Assembly: GCF_028641065.1 (NCBI RefSeq)
Contig: NC_073377.1
Coordinates: forward strand, 101,618,001 to 101,682,000
DNA: 64,000 nt
Direction: 5' to 3'
Source of the DNA: Leucoraja erinacea
Taxonomy: Eukaryota
The notes under the pieces are model-generated. The model was not told where the DNA came from and searched no databases. It worked only from the letters and a program-made list of their open reading frames with translations. The position numbers and the translations under genes are program-made. Positions 14,033 to 26,544 of the stretch are shown piece by piece (position 1 is the stretch's first letter; the number at the start of each line of letters is the position of its first letter).

Positions 14033-17000
14033 AAAATAGTAAGATTAAACGAGAACTTACCAGTTTGAAGTTTGATCTGTATTTTATGAGGAGTTACGAT
14101 GAGGGATTACGTGAAGAGCCCGCCTCAGGACGCATGTGCGGCATACTTCAAAGCAGCGGTGTGGAATCACAGATAGACACAAGTATTTGAAGTAACATAG
14201 TAAAGAAATAGAGACATCAATTTATCAGTTTGATCCATATAATGAGGGTGGGAGCGGAGGGCACGTAATCCCTCATCGTAACTCCTCATAAAATACAGAT
14301 CAAACTTCAAACTGGTAAGTTCTCGTTTAATCTTACTATTTTACTTCGGAGTCACGTGAGTGACTACGTGAAGATTTCAAAGCTCTGTGATTTCAAACCG
14401 TGTAACAGCTATTACTACACCACTGCCGAAGTCTTTGAGGGAGGAAGTGTGTTATCGTAATCAACCAATGAATCTGTTTATAGAAAAACACAATGGTATT
14501 TTTACAATAACAATGAAGAAATTTAAATGCTCCCCTGGGCTAATTTAAATATTTGCAGACTCGAATCTTTCCTGCAAATAAAAAACAGGTTTTGTCAACA
14601 GCTTATAATAAATTTTTTCTCTGAACGTTTTCACCCCCACCATTCTGCTGTAGCCAGGATGTGGTTTATAGGCACGTCCATTCTTTTGCCGTTGACGTGG
14701 AAGCTTGTCCTGTGGAATGAAACTTTGTACATGTTAGTTTTATCCCAGCAGCTTTAGTACCTGCTTGAGCCATCCCAAAATGGCTCGTTACCCGACCACA
14801 AGGTTTTTTGTGACCAACCCACAAGGCTTTTCATCTCCCTCGAATATTTAGGTTGTGTCTATGTAGGGTAATAGGGTCATGGCACATTACCGTGTTTTCT
14901 GGCGGGTAAGCCCGGATTCTATGACTGGATAAGGTGTTCCTGGTCTGGTTTGACCATTCCCTGGACAATGATAGCGATCTGGTCTGAAGCTGTGAGCATG
15001 GTGTCCAGTTGCAATAGGAGTAGTGACTGGACCCTCTGTGCTGCTCCGAGTGCCCTCAACATATGTGTTTAGAGCATAGATGGTTCAGGTTGAGGGATCT
15101 GGCTGGTGGGCATCCCCTGAGGTATGGCAGTACCACTGTGACATCCCATATATGGGTGTACCTGGTCTAGGGGTTTAGAGTTGTAATACCCTTCATAGAT
15201 TTACCACCAGCCAGTGTGACCCCATGGCCTGTTGTCCTGTAGCTGTTTTGAAAAAACAGGCAGGGCAATTCTAGCTGTGTTCATGGTACTGTAGCCGAAT
15301 CCTTCATCATGGTGAAGGTTCACCAGGAATTCCAGTTCGTAGTAACTGTATCGGTTGAGTAGGTTATCCTTGTATCCTTGCAGTACTTCTCTTGATGCTG
15401 GACAAGTGCTGTAGTCCAGTGGATGTTCAGAGGGATGCTGACATGGTGTCGACGGTTCGGTATAATAATCCCAGTCCCAGATGTGGCTTGTGCAGAATCT
15501 GCAACCCAGGAGCTTAAATTTCCCATGGCACGGATGACTTGTGCCCGGCTCCGAGTGTTAATAATTCTGGGTCACTGGGGAATACCATCGAAGTTTCAAC
15601 AACCATGTCATGGAGTATTGGGAACCATGGCCGCGTAAGTCCGTCAGGTACTATCAAAATACCTGAAGCAGAGTCCTTTTGTACTGTGCGTAGTCCCCGA
15701 CTGATGAGGCAGAAGGGAAGAAATACATAGAAATAATTTCACCAATCCAGCGCGAACGCATTTGCTGCTCCAGGGTCTGGTTCCCACGCGACATACATAG
15801 GACATCACCCAAACACCTGGTGATTTAGCGTTGATGCAGATAATCGATATCTGGCGTGTCATATAGCTTGATAGTTTTATTGAAACTTTTTTATAAAAAA
15901 CATCTAATCGATGTTGTCATTAAATTTATGTGACCTGGTGTCTGTCACTGTATTTGGCTTACCAGGCAGGTAAGTTGCTGATAGTCAAATACATCTTTGG
16001 ACACACCATTGTCAAATTGTGTTGACCAACTTGTCGCATGATACCGACTTTATGCCGCCCATATGGTTAATGTAGGCCACCACCGTAGTGTAGTCTATTT
16101 ATAACCGTACATGCAAGTGCTTTAAATCCATAAAATTCACCCAAACATTTTTAGATAATTAATGCCCAGTATAAGTGGTAACCCCACCACTGTCTTTCTG
16201 ATATTACTTCAGTGGGTAACTTCATGAGACGCTCAATGACAACCTATATGTCGTTTTTGATACTAAGGTCCGAATTATGTAGACAGAAATGCTACTATTT
16301 TCCCAATTACTCTGTTACTTGTCGAGTAGTTGGTAGTTTGTTGACCATTAATTTGTTGCTTGTTTGTGCCAATTCAACTATGTTGTCTCTTGGCAACATT
16401 TATAGTCACGTAGACTGAATTAATATGAAACCCAAGATAGTCCAGGAAAGAGCTCTATATGCTGGTAGGAACCAGACCCACCTACCTCCATGGTTATTGG
16501 CGGTTTTGTCTTTTCTGTTTTCTGAGTGCTTTGTTCTGATGACGTGCTGGCGATGTTGGGGGGAGGCGCATTTTCCAGGGGGTCCGCGGCGGGCCCTGAT
16601 CTAAAAGATCTTTGGGGATAATGCGGCCCCAAGCGTTCACCAGTCCCATATTCTAGACGTCGACTGGTGGATGCCGTGGGGTGCTGCCGCTTGGGTATCG
16701 GAGGTCGTGGTTTGCTCGTCCCGGGGCCTGCCCTCATGATGCCGAAGGTTTTTGATGCCTCTTCCATCTCCTTCAGCTTTTTGTTCAGATCTCTCCCAAA
16801 TAGCAGTGAGTCTGCCTCCGCAGCTGGGGCTTTACACAAGCCTGCAAATTTGGGATTGAGGGCAGGTCTTATATTTTCCCTCCGGAGATTGTTTAGTTCG
16901 AATTGTGTGGTACACCTTAATGCCAGCACATCCTGCTGGTATGTATTCATCTCCGTTGTCTCCACAGAACGAGCATAGGCTGTGATAGCTGACGTCAGGA

Positions 17001-18648
17001 GCCTTAGGATCCGCTGTAGCTTGAGTTTTTGTGCCCGCATAAGGGCCCCCACATTTTCCCAGATTTGGCTGTTGAGGCTTTTTTCCCTTAAGGGCCTCAC
17101 AGTTCTCTGGTGCTGTATGTTCTTGCAGCACCTCGGCGAGCACCTTCTCCAGTAGAGGTTTGTTGGATAGGTGATTAATACTGGCTGCCATTTTTTGGCT
17201 CCAGCGGTGCTCCAGCCCGTGGGGTTGCTACGAAGCGGTCCACCACACCCAACAGCTGTTCCTGTTCCTGCACCCCATGCATACTCCCGATTTTGTCCGC
17301 CTGCCCCATTTCCCGACCAGCCCTGCCCTGGTCACCAATGCTAGCCTCCTGCTCCAGCCCGTGGTATGAGGTAGCAAAGGGCAGTGCCTGACACGACACT
17401 ATGGAGGAGGTACCTGTCCTGTCTCCCCGGGAGCGCTGCTGTTCCCGGTGGACCATCTCCTCCAGGAGCTGCTAAATGCAGCTCAGGCGGCTGTCTCTCT
17501 TGTGTTTTGGTGGAGACATGTCCCCCTCCGACGAATCGGAGACGACCGGCCGCTTGGCTTCCTGGCCGCTTTCCCAGTCCGCCGTGCAGGCTCTAGCGAG
17601 ACTGGGCTTGGCTCGGTCTCAGGGATAGCGAACGCTCTGAGAGCGACGCTGCCGCCGGTTGCTGCCCCGCTGGTAGAGTTGGAGCGGGGCAGTTTCTCTT
17701 TGAGAGTTTTCTGCGTTGTGACATGATTCCTGAAAGCCTGCAAAACACAACTGCAACTCACCTCTGTTATCCAATGCCCAAGAGCCGCTCCTGCAGCTCA
17801 GGCGGCTGTCTCTCCCCTCCTGGGTGGAGAGACGTCCCCGTCCGATGTCGGAACCACCGGCCGGTTTTTACATACATCCAGCCCGCTGCTCAGGCACTAG
17901 CGGGGCTGGGCTCAGTCGCAGTGTCGGGGTAGCGGACCGCCCGCTAAGCGGTCCTACCGCCTGTTGCTGTCCCCGCAATGAGACGCTCCTCCGTCGAGCG
18001 GGCAGGTGCAGCGTTCTTCCCAGCCCGCTGCTGAAGTGCTGACGGGATGGGCTTGGCGCAGTGTCGGGAGCGGAGCGCTGGTTAGCGGTCCTGCCGCGGT
18101 GCGCTCTCTCTCTCTCATGCACTCGGGCTGCTGTTAAAGTGCAGCGCACTCCACGCCAACACTGCGGTAGTGGGTCCGCCCCTTCATCGGCTCCGATGGT
18201 CGGAAGCCTCCGCCCGCCCGCCTGCCAGCCTTCACCTGGCCAGCTACTCGAGGGGCGAGCGAGGACTGAGGGGAACCTCCTGAGAGGAACGAGTGCAAGC
18301 GCCGTCTTCTCTCCGTTGTCGCCCCTGTGTGGAGTGGTACCGCACCGGCACAGCTCCCAGTCCGTGGTCCGCCGTGTGTGCGGTCCTGGTGGCGTCTTTC
18401 CCCCCCCCTTCCGCGAACGGAACACTCCTTCCCCGGAGTCCAAGGGGGCCGCTTGCATGCCCTACGAGGAACAAGCAGACGCGAGGGGCTGTTAGAATAA
18501 AGGTAAGTACTTACCTAAAGCTTAGTTTTTCAGATTGTAGCGGGAGCCCTGTCTCCCGCCGCCGCTGTTGCCTGCTGAAACGTAATGCCGCACATGCGTC
18601 CTGAGGCGGGCTCTTCACGTAGTCACTCACGTGACTCCCGAAGTAAAA
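14033..18648 (-). mobile_element. DIRS1-type tyrosine-recombinase retrotransposon, copy A (degenerate, RT deleted), in BMP2K intron 4
   Basis: 37-bp ITRs (18585-18621 vs 14108-14144). ICR at 14262-14374 is complementary to both termini. Gag-like ORF 16420-17100 (RRENIRPALNPKFAGLC...LLFG). RNaseH, MTase and YR remnants are colinear with copy B. Confidence 0.92.
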
Positions 18649-18901
18649 TCAGTATTTTGCCGAGGAAATCAGTATTTTTACACGGTGCCATTTTGCTGGA
18701 TTTTTTTTTTTTTTTTTTAAATGTGCAGTCATACCCATGTAAGAGTACAAGAATGCATAACTTTGCTACCAATTGACATGTCTTCTACGCACTTTACTCG
18801 ACAGTGCATTCATTGCCTTCTCTTTGTATACTGCTGTTTGAATGGCTGCTTCCTGCTTTTAGCACCAGATGATGATGTAGAAGCCATTTTGGAAGCCACC
18901 C

Positions 18902-19057
18902 NNNNNNNNNNNNNNNNNNNNNNNNNNNNNNNNNNNNNNNNNNNNNNNNNNNNNNNNNNNNNNNNNNNNNNNNNNNNNNNNNNNNNNNNNNNNNNNNNNN
19001 NNNNNNNNNNNNNNNNNNNNNNNNNNNNNNNNNNNNNNNNNNNNNNNNNNNNNNNNN
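18902..19057. other. Assembly gap
   Basis: N run. Confidence 1.
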
Positions 19058-19092
19058 TTTTTATCTCCCTCCCACAAGTCTGCGCTATGTGG

Positions 19093-19186
19093 CCATAGCG
19101 CTATGTGTAAAGCCCATAGCGCTATGTGTAAAGCCCATAGCGCTATGTGTAAAGCCCATAGCGCTATGTGTAAAGCCCATAGCGCT
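19093..19186. repeat. 21-bp tandem repeat x4.5
   Basis: Identical ccatagcgctatgtgtaaagc units. Confidence 0.95.
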
Positions 19187-19353
19187 CCAGCTGGGAGCGC
19201 TATTTTTAGTTCATTCAAATTCCCATGCGTTAAACTGACAGCGCTGTTTAAACCTGGAGCGGGACAGGCAGATCAAAGCTTCCAGATCTTGAAATTTAAA
19301 ATACTAATTATTTAATCTGCTATAATTTTTAGAGGTACAGTATGACTGCATTA

Positions 19354-20384
19354 TGTAGGTATGTTGCAAAGCCTACCTGAAGCGTCGCTGAAAATCTGTC
19401 CCAGCCCGTGTGCGCGATTTTGGCGCCGTTTAGAGGGGGGCGGGTTTAAAACGCGATTTCCCCTAGGCTGTTCAAATCGAGGATGTTCAGCCTAGTTAAT
19501 TATTAACGAAAAATCGCTGGAAGATTCCGTCGCTTTAGCTATTATTACTTTTAAGGGCTTTATCTAGTTGTTATAGTAGTTTAAAAATTAACCTCTAAAC
19601 CCCCGACCGCCGGCAACCGGCCGGATCTCATACAGGGGACAACAGAAGGTAGGCTGTTTATTTTTACATTAAAAAGGGCTTCTTAAGATCCCTTTATACA
19701 AAGTTTAATGTTGCGAGTAGCTAATTTTGGCCCCATTATATCCCGCAGTATTTTTCTGGCCATTTGAGGGCACAAATCCACCGCAATATGAACGTTCTAA
19801 ACCAGCGCGTTCACAGGATCCCACTAGAAAGCTGATTTAAATGGACTATTTTACAGCAATTGAACACTAAATTCCTTCCATTTGGCCTATAAATTAATGT
19901 AAATGAGATTTAAAAATCATGTTTTATTGTGAATTATTTGGACACTTAAGCTATTTAAAAATGTTAATCATTTATTAAGAAATGGATAGATGTTTAAATC
20001 TAGTCATTGAAGTTTGAAATTAGCTACAATTGGGTAACTAACTAATTATATGCTTTAATTTCAGGTCATCCAAGTAAGATTGTTTTATATTTGTTTCAGA
20101 ATGCTTCAATCTATGATAACTGAAAATTTCATTCAGTTCTCTTAATTTTTAAGAAAGTTATGGGCTTTTGACTGTCCTCGATCACAGCTTTTTTGTTATG
20201 TCCATAGAAAATCAATAGGGAACAAGATGCTAATTTCCGAGTATGAAAATGGCCATAACGTTTTAAATACTTGAGATATGAAAGTGAATTAGGTGTCAAA
20301 TTAAACTTCTTTTTATGCTTTATCTGATGGGATAAATTGCAGACTTGATTTTTTAAAATCTCAAAATTTTGTAACATTGCTACA
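19354..20384. mobile_element. Non-autonomous DNA transposon (TIR element)
   Basis: tgtaggtatgttgcaaa vs tttgtaacattgctaca imperfect TIRs, with TTA on both flanks. Superfamily uncertain. Confidence 0.6.
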
Positions 20385-20870
20385 TTATGACTTGCATGTT
20401 TTAAGCAGCAAGATGAAACAGGAAATCGGGCTGATTTTTAAAAAATCCGTATTTTACAAAGCAAATCCGTACATCCATATTCTGATCGCATTTCCGTACA
20501 AAATACGGAAAATCCGTACTACTCTGCTGACCAAAAGCAAAAATACTCGATATCCAAAAAACTAAACTAGTATACATGGATTACTTTCATTCACATAAAT
20601 AAAACTATTTATAATTATCTTCACTTTCATTCCATATGCATGATACATCGATTCCATAGATTATACAGCTAGAATAAATGCGGAAGGTCAAATTTTGATG
20701 AGGGTATTGAGACTGCAATGAGATAGAATGAGTGGTTGAAACCTTGCGAAATGGAGTTTAACATGGGAAAGTGAGAGGGTCATGTACTTCAGAAAGAGGA
20801 ATCAAAAAGCAGATTACTTAAAGGAAATAACCCTGTGAAGTACAGAGGGATCAGGTTCTTGTGCATGAAT

Positions 20871-21180
20871 GGGCAGCATGGTGGCACAGCGACAGGGTTG
20901 CTGCCTTAAAGCGCCAACGACACTAGTTCAATCCAGACTACGAATTCTTGTCTGTACGGAGTTTGTACGTTCACCCCGTGACATGCGTAGGTTTTCTCAG
21001 AGATCTCCGGTTTCCACCCACATTCCAAAGACATACAGGTTTGTAGGTTATTTGGCTTGGTATGATTGTAAATTGTCCCTTGTGTGTGTAGGATGGCATT
21101 AGTGTATGGGGATCGCTGGTTGGCGTGGACTTAGTGGGCCAAAGAGCCTGCTTTCACGCTGTATTTCTAAACTAACTTAA
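20871..21180 (+). mobile_element. tRNA-derived SINE (HE1/V-SINE-like)
   Basis: gggcagcatggtggcacagcg head with A/B boxes and a CR1-like tail ctgtatttctaaactaa. Confidence 0.8.
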
Positions 21181-22016
21181 ATTACAAAATGACCAGGTAA
21201 ATGCAACAACTAAGATGGCATATACCATATTAGCTTCTATTGCAAAGGTTGAAGTTTAGAAATGCAATTACGATCAGCCATGATCACAATGGATGGCGGT
21301 GCTGGTTCAAAGGGCCGAATGGCCTCCTTCTGCACCTATTTTCTATGTTTCTATGATTTTCCAGTGTTGGTGGTGCATACCTGTGCATTAGTCAAGAAAG
21401 GATATCAAGCTAACTCCTAGAATGGGAGAACAGTCCTATCAAGTGGGGCCTGTATTCTTTAGAGTTCAGTAGAATGAGGGGGAGATGTTGAGATGGTTTC
21501 ACTAATGGAATAATCTAGAAAAAAGAGGACAAACATACACAGTAAATGGCTGGTCATTTAAAACAAAAGGTGCATAGAGAATTATTTTTCAGCCAAGTGA
21601 TTAAAGCTCTGGAATTATATGTCCCAGGGAGCTGTGGAAGCCAACTCATTCAAAAGATGTAAATAGGGGTAGATAATTTTGTTTTACATTTTGGGATTCT
21701 AGGCTACAGGAAATAAGGTACAGCAAAAAAGTTGATGATTGGGGTAGAATGGCAAGGCTAGTTTGAGGGGCTGACTGACCTATTCCCACTTTATTTTCTT
21801 GTGTTCTAAATAGGCTTTCAGATAGTTAGGAGACACAGGGTCGAAGGCGATTTGCCAAACTGGATTCAAAATGACCTTATTGATAGGGGGCAGAGGGCAG
21901 TGTTGGAGAGTTGTTTGCAATCCTTAATCAGTCACAGGTCCATAAGCTATAGTACAATCTGAGAAAAATCAACTTTGTATATAACATGTGATCTTTTACA
22001 ATTAAAATTATTCCTA

Positions 22017-22199
<183 letters not shown>

Positions 22200-22574
22200 T
22201 TAATACTATCAAGCTTATAGGTTTGAGACACACCTGGAATTTCAAAAGATCTTTAGACAAGCATGACAAAACATATCTATACAAAACGCTACACTGATGC
22301 AAATTATACCACAATGCTTACGTAAATTTTTTTGTGAACCTCTCGTTAATTCTGGGATGAATTGATACTAAATTCATGGCATCAACTGGAAAGGATTTAA
22401 CATTGAGTACTGATATATTTCAAGAATTCACCAAAAAAAGGTAGATAAATTAAAAATATTAAGATTTAATATCTATTAAGATTTGTGCAAAGAACCTCAG
22501 GGCAGTATCAAGGCTGTCATTGTTGACCATATATTTATATATAGTCAACAATATTATTATATATATATATATAA

Positions 22575-22605
<31 letters not shown>

Positions 22606-23124
22606 TATATAATATCAGGGACGTCAACAGACTGTGGAACCAATATTGATAAATATTGATACATTGATAAATTGGCATGCAACAAAATCTGGATTTTCAA
22701 TTTAGTAACTAGCTACAGAAATCAAAATTAAGATCAGAAGATGTGACATTGTCAGAATCAAATGGCCCATTACAAAAATTGTAAAATATTTATGCCTGAG
22801 AAAGACTCCATGCTAAATTTCAGGGCCAGCAACATTTTTCTAGTTGTAATTATGGCTTAGCACAGTAGTTATGCCTCACTCAAAGTGTCTCACCCACAAT
22901 CGTTTTTTTTGGGGGGGGGGGGGGGTTTTAAGAGAGAATAATGAGCAAAAAGTGTGTATTTATTCAATGATTTTAATAAGATTCCCATCTGCAAGGATTT
23001 CAACAACACTTCCTGTGGAGAAACTGGGTATTAGACAACAGACTCTGGTTTCCACATTTAACCAAATAAATTCTGGCTTTAGGGAAACAATGGCAAATAA
23101 CATCACTGTTATTACGGAGACATT

Positions 23125-23465
23125 TTACAAGAATGATCCCAGGAATGAGTGGGTTAACTTATGATGAGCGTTTGACAGCACTGGGCCTGTACCTGCTGGA
23201 GTTTAGAAGAATGAGGGGGGACCTGATTGAAACATACAGGCTTGAATAGAGAGGATGTTTCCACGAGTGGGAGAGTCTAGGACTAGTCACAGCCTCAGAA
23301 TTAAAGGACTTTAGGAAGGAGATGAGAAGGAATTTCTTAGGTCAGAGGTGGTGAATCTGTGGAATTCTTTGCCACAGAAGGCTGTGGAGTCCAGGTCAAT
23401 GGATATTTTTAAATCAAGGATAGATAGATTCTTGATTGGTACAGGTGTCGGGGGTTATGGGGACA
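23125..23465 (+). mobile_element. CR1 LINE fragment
   Basis: CR1 C-terminal coding similarity (ggtgaatctgtggaattct). Confidence 0.8.
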
Positions 23466-24104
23466 CCTGACACCTTCCTTTTGCAAAACCAAACCATTCA
23501 AAATTGCTGCAAATAGATCAAGAAAATTAATGGAATCAAAAAAAAGTTATCCTTTTATGAGAATCTGGAAAAAAATTTAAAAACTTCCAAGGGAGAAAGA
23601 AAGGGTAAAGGAGACATCAAAACAGAAGGTGTAGGGTTCTGTGCAAACAGAAATAGTTCAAACAAAATATTCTTCAAAGTTGAGCTGAGGAAGTGTTAAT
23701 ATGCCCAACAAAAGACAGAATGATAAACCACATTCTTACGTTGTACTTCACTGCAATAGATTATGGAAATCAGAGTGGTTGAGGAAAAGAGGATTAAAGG
23801 AATACACTGCCAGAAGCTTGGAATCATGCTTGTAGATTGAATTGTTTTAGGTAATACCAAATAAACTACATTTAATCTCCCCCACTGGCAAAATGCATTC
23901 CAAATGCAAAAGGTACAAAATGAATAAATCGCTGTTTCACCTGGAAAGTGTACTTGGGAATGCATAATGAGAAGCAATAAAAGATCCAGTGCCCAGTTAC
24001 ACAGAAAAGTGGCAGGATTAGACTATGTATTAGCAAAGAAACAAACCAGACATTTTGGGAGTCATATCTTCCTTGAGAATGATAAAGAGGTAGGAAGGGA
24101 AGAG

Positions 24105-24325
24105 TTGTGAGTCTGCGGAATTCTCTGCCTCAGAGGGCGGTGGAGGCCAGTTCTCTAGATACTTTCAAGAGAGAGCTAGATAGGGCTCTTAAAGATAGCG
24201 GAGTCAGGGGATATGGGGAGAAGGCAGGAACGGGGTACCGATTGGGGATGATCAGCCAATGATCACATTGAATGGTGGTGCTGGCTCGAAGGGCCGAATG
24301 GCCTACTCGTGCACCCATTGTCTAA
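24105..24325 (+). mobile_element. CR1 LINE 3' end
   Basis: 3' UTR ggctcgaagggccgaatggcctactc. Confidence 0.8.
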
Positions 24326-24703
24326 AGGTTGTTGGTGTATATTAGAAAACAGTAACCAAGTCCATATGATAAGGCCTTATGGATTAATTAAATTTAGTTG
24401 AAGAAGCTTCACAACACTTGCAATATGAATGTACTCTCATGTAAGTTTTAAATTACAATGTTTTTGAGTTTGAGTGCAGATATTTTTTTAAGTGTGTGAA
24501 CTTGGCCAATGTTTGCACGACTGAAGCAGGTAACAAAAAAAACAAAATACTACTAGTTCAGTCAATGCTATGTCTCAATGTATATCATTTGGCTTTGCAT
24601 GATCAGTTTATAAAACAAAAGCAATGGAATTAATGGGAAAAAAAAGAACACAAATGTATCATAAAATATTTCAAAAGGAAAACATACATAAACAGACAAC
24701 TTA

Positions 24704-24826
<123 letters not shown>

Positions 24827-25334
24827 CTAAAAAGGAAAAAGCAGAAGAGCCAATTACGAAATAAATCATAGGAATTGTTTGTCTATGCTATATATTTCTA
24901 ATCTAATTAAAAACTCTGTGCGGTGAATGACACCACAATGTCGTTGATTAATATTTCCCACCTACAACAGAGATCACTGATCGGACCTAGGGTCAAAAGT
25001 TGGCTTCTTTTAAAATGTCTCAAGTTACAAAATCAGAGTTTGGGCCAGATAAGCAATTTTACTCAAAGACTGATGAGTAATATATCATGCAACTTCCATG
25101 GGTAATGTGGGTGGTCATACATAGAGAATCCAGTTAGAGACAACTGATACATGGGGTACTTGGAATTTACATACCCAGGATATCCACATTCAACTCTATC
25201 ACACAGGCACTGCAGAATTTATGGATTTAAAATTTACCATATCCAACGAGACATAGTAAGTAATCAACTAGACGTTCACACTACTCATAGCGTCTTTCAA
25301 CATGTTGCCCCATCATATCATATCTATCATATCA

Positions 25335-26113
25335 TATTAGATTAGATTCAGATTAGATCCCTTATTTGTCATTCAGACCTTTCGGTCTGAACGAAATGTC
25401 GTTGCCTGCAGCCATACATATAATAATAAACAACAAAACACACAATAAACACAAATTAACATCCACCACAGTGAGTTCACCAGGCACCGCCTCACTGCGA
25501 TGGAGACAAAAGTCTTAAAGTTACTGTCTTTTCCCTCCTCATTCTCCCTCTGCGCTGAGGTGATATGTTGTTGTTACCCCACCGGGCAATGGTAGTCAGT
25601 CCCGCTGCTCAACCGAGCTCCGCGAACGGGCCGGTTCAAGCTCAGCGGCCCGGGGTGGTCAAAGCTGCCGCCCTCCAGTCCAGCTTACGCAGCTGTTGCC
25701 GCAGGGAGCTCCGGAGCACCAACCTGTGACCTGCGAGCTCCCGACGATGTCGTCCACTGGCCCGCGGCCGAGCCCCAGATTCAAGTCGCCGCCGCATCAG
25801 CCACCGGAGCACCGTCTCAGCCCCAAGACAGGCCACCCTCACCGGAGCGCCGTTTCAGCCCCGAGCCGGGCCGCCCTCACCGGAGTGCCGTCTCAGCCCC
25901 CAGTCAGGCTGCTGCCACTAGAACGCTGGAACGCCGCCGCAGCTCGAAGATGGCCAGCCTCACGTTGTAAGTCCTGGCTGGCTCTGCTTCCGAAGCCTCG
26001 AGGTCAGTCGCAGTTGGAGGCCGCCAGCTCCGCCATTCGGCCTCAGCGCAGACGGAGGCAGAAAAGGGGGGATACAACAGAAAGAGTCGCATTCCCCCGA
26101 AGGGAGAGACCCT
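25335..26113 (-). mobile_element. Non-autonomous retroposon, (tctaa/tctgaa)n tail
   Basis: Simple-repeat tail at 25335-25360 and a GC-rich body with internal repeats (ccgtctcagcccc x3). Confidence 0.5.
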
Positions 26114-26544
26114 TATATCTATATATCTAGTATATCTATATACTTTTAAAATTGTGTGTGCATGTGTGTGCGTGCGTGTGTGTGTGTGGTTTTGCATGTG
26201 AAACGTATCTCCCCCTCCCTCTCTTTGGGGGCTATGCGTCAGTGGATAGGGCGGTTATGGGGTAAAAGGAGCAAGTTAATAATATTAACATAATATCAAG
26301 GGGGGTAGTCAGCACAAGTTCAGAAATCCACTCCTTGGTCAATTATTTCCCCCAGATTTTGAATAAAAATGTTCACCAAACTCAATTTTTAAAATATAAA
26401 TGCCGCTTGCCAGTTGCTGACATCACAATGCCCACATGCACACAATCCAGGCCCATCTGCCTCCTGGCCCCAACTGGGCTCCCCCCGCCGCCGCCGCTGT
26501 GGCTTAAAGGCGCAGAAAGATCAAGAAAGTTCTGCAGAACAAAG

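Larger units (their letters stand above)
13987..20526. mobile_element. hAT-like host element (CAGAG...CTCTG) split by DIRS copy A and a MITE
   Basis: CAGAGCTGCCA start. Subterminal aaatc(a/c)gtat repeats at 14010, 18646-18680 and 20440-20520. Flanks ctgatc/ctgacc. Confidence 0.5.

Noticed and set aside
17738-17761. 24-nt GT-AG intron
   Set aside because: Too short for spliceosomal removal; the sites could only be used separately.
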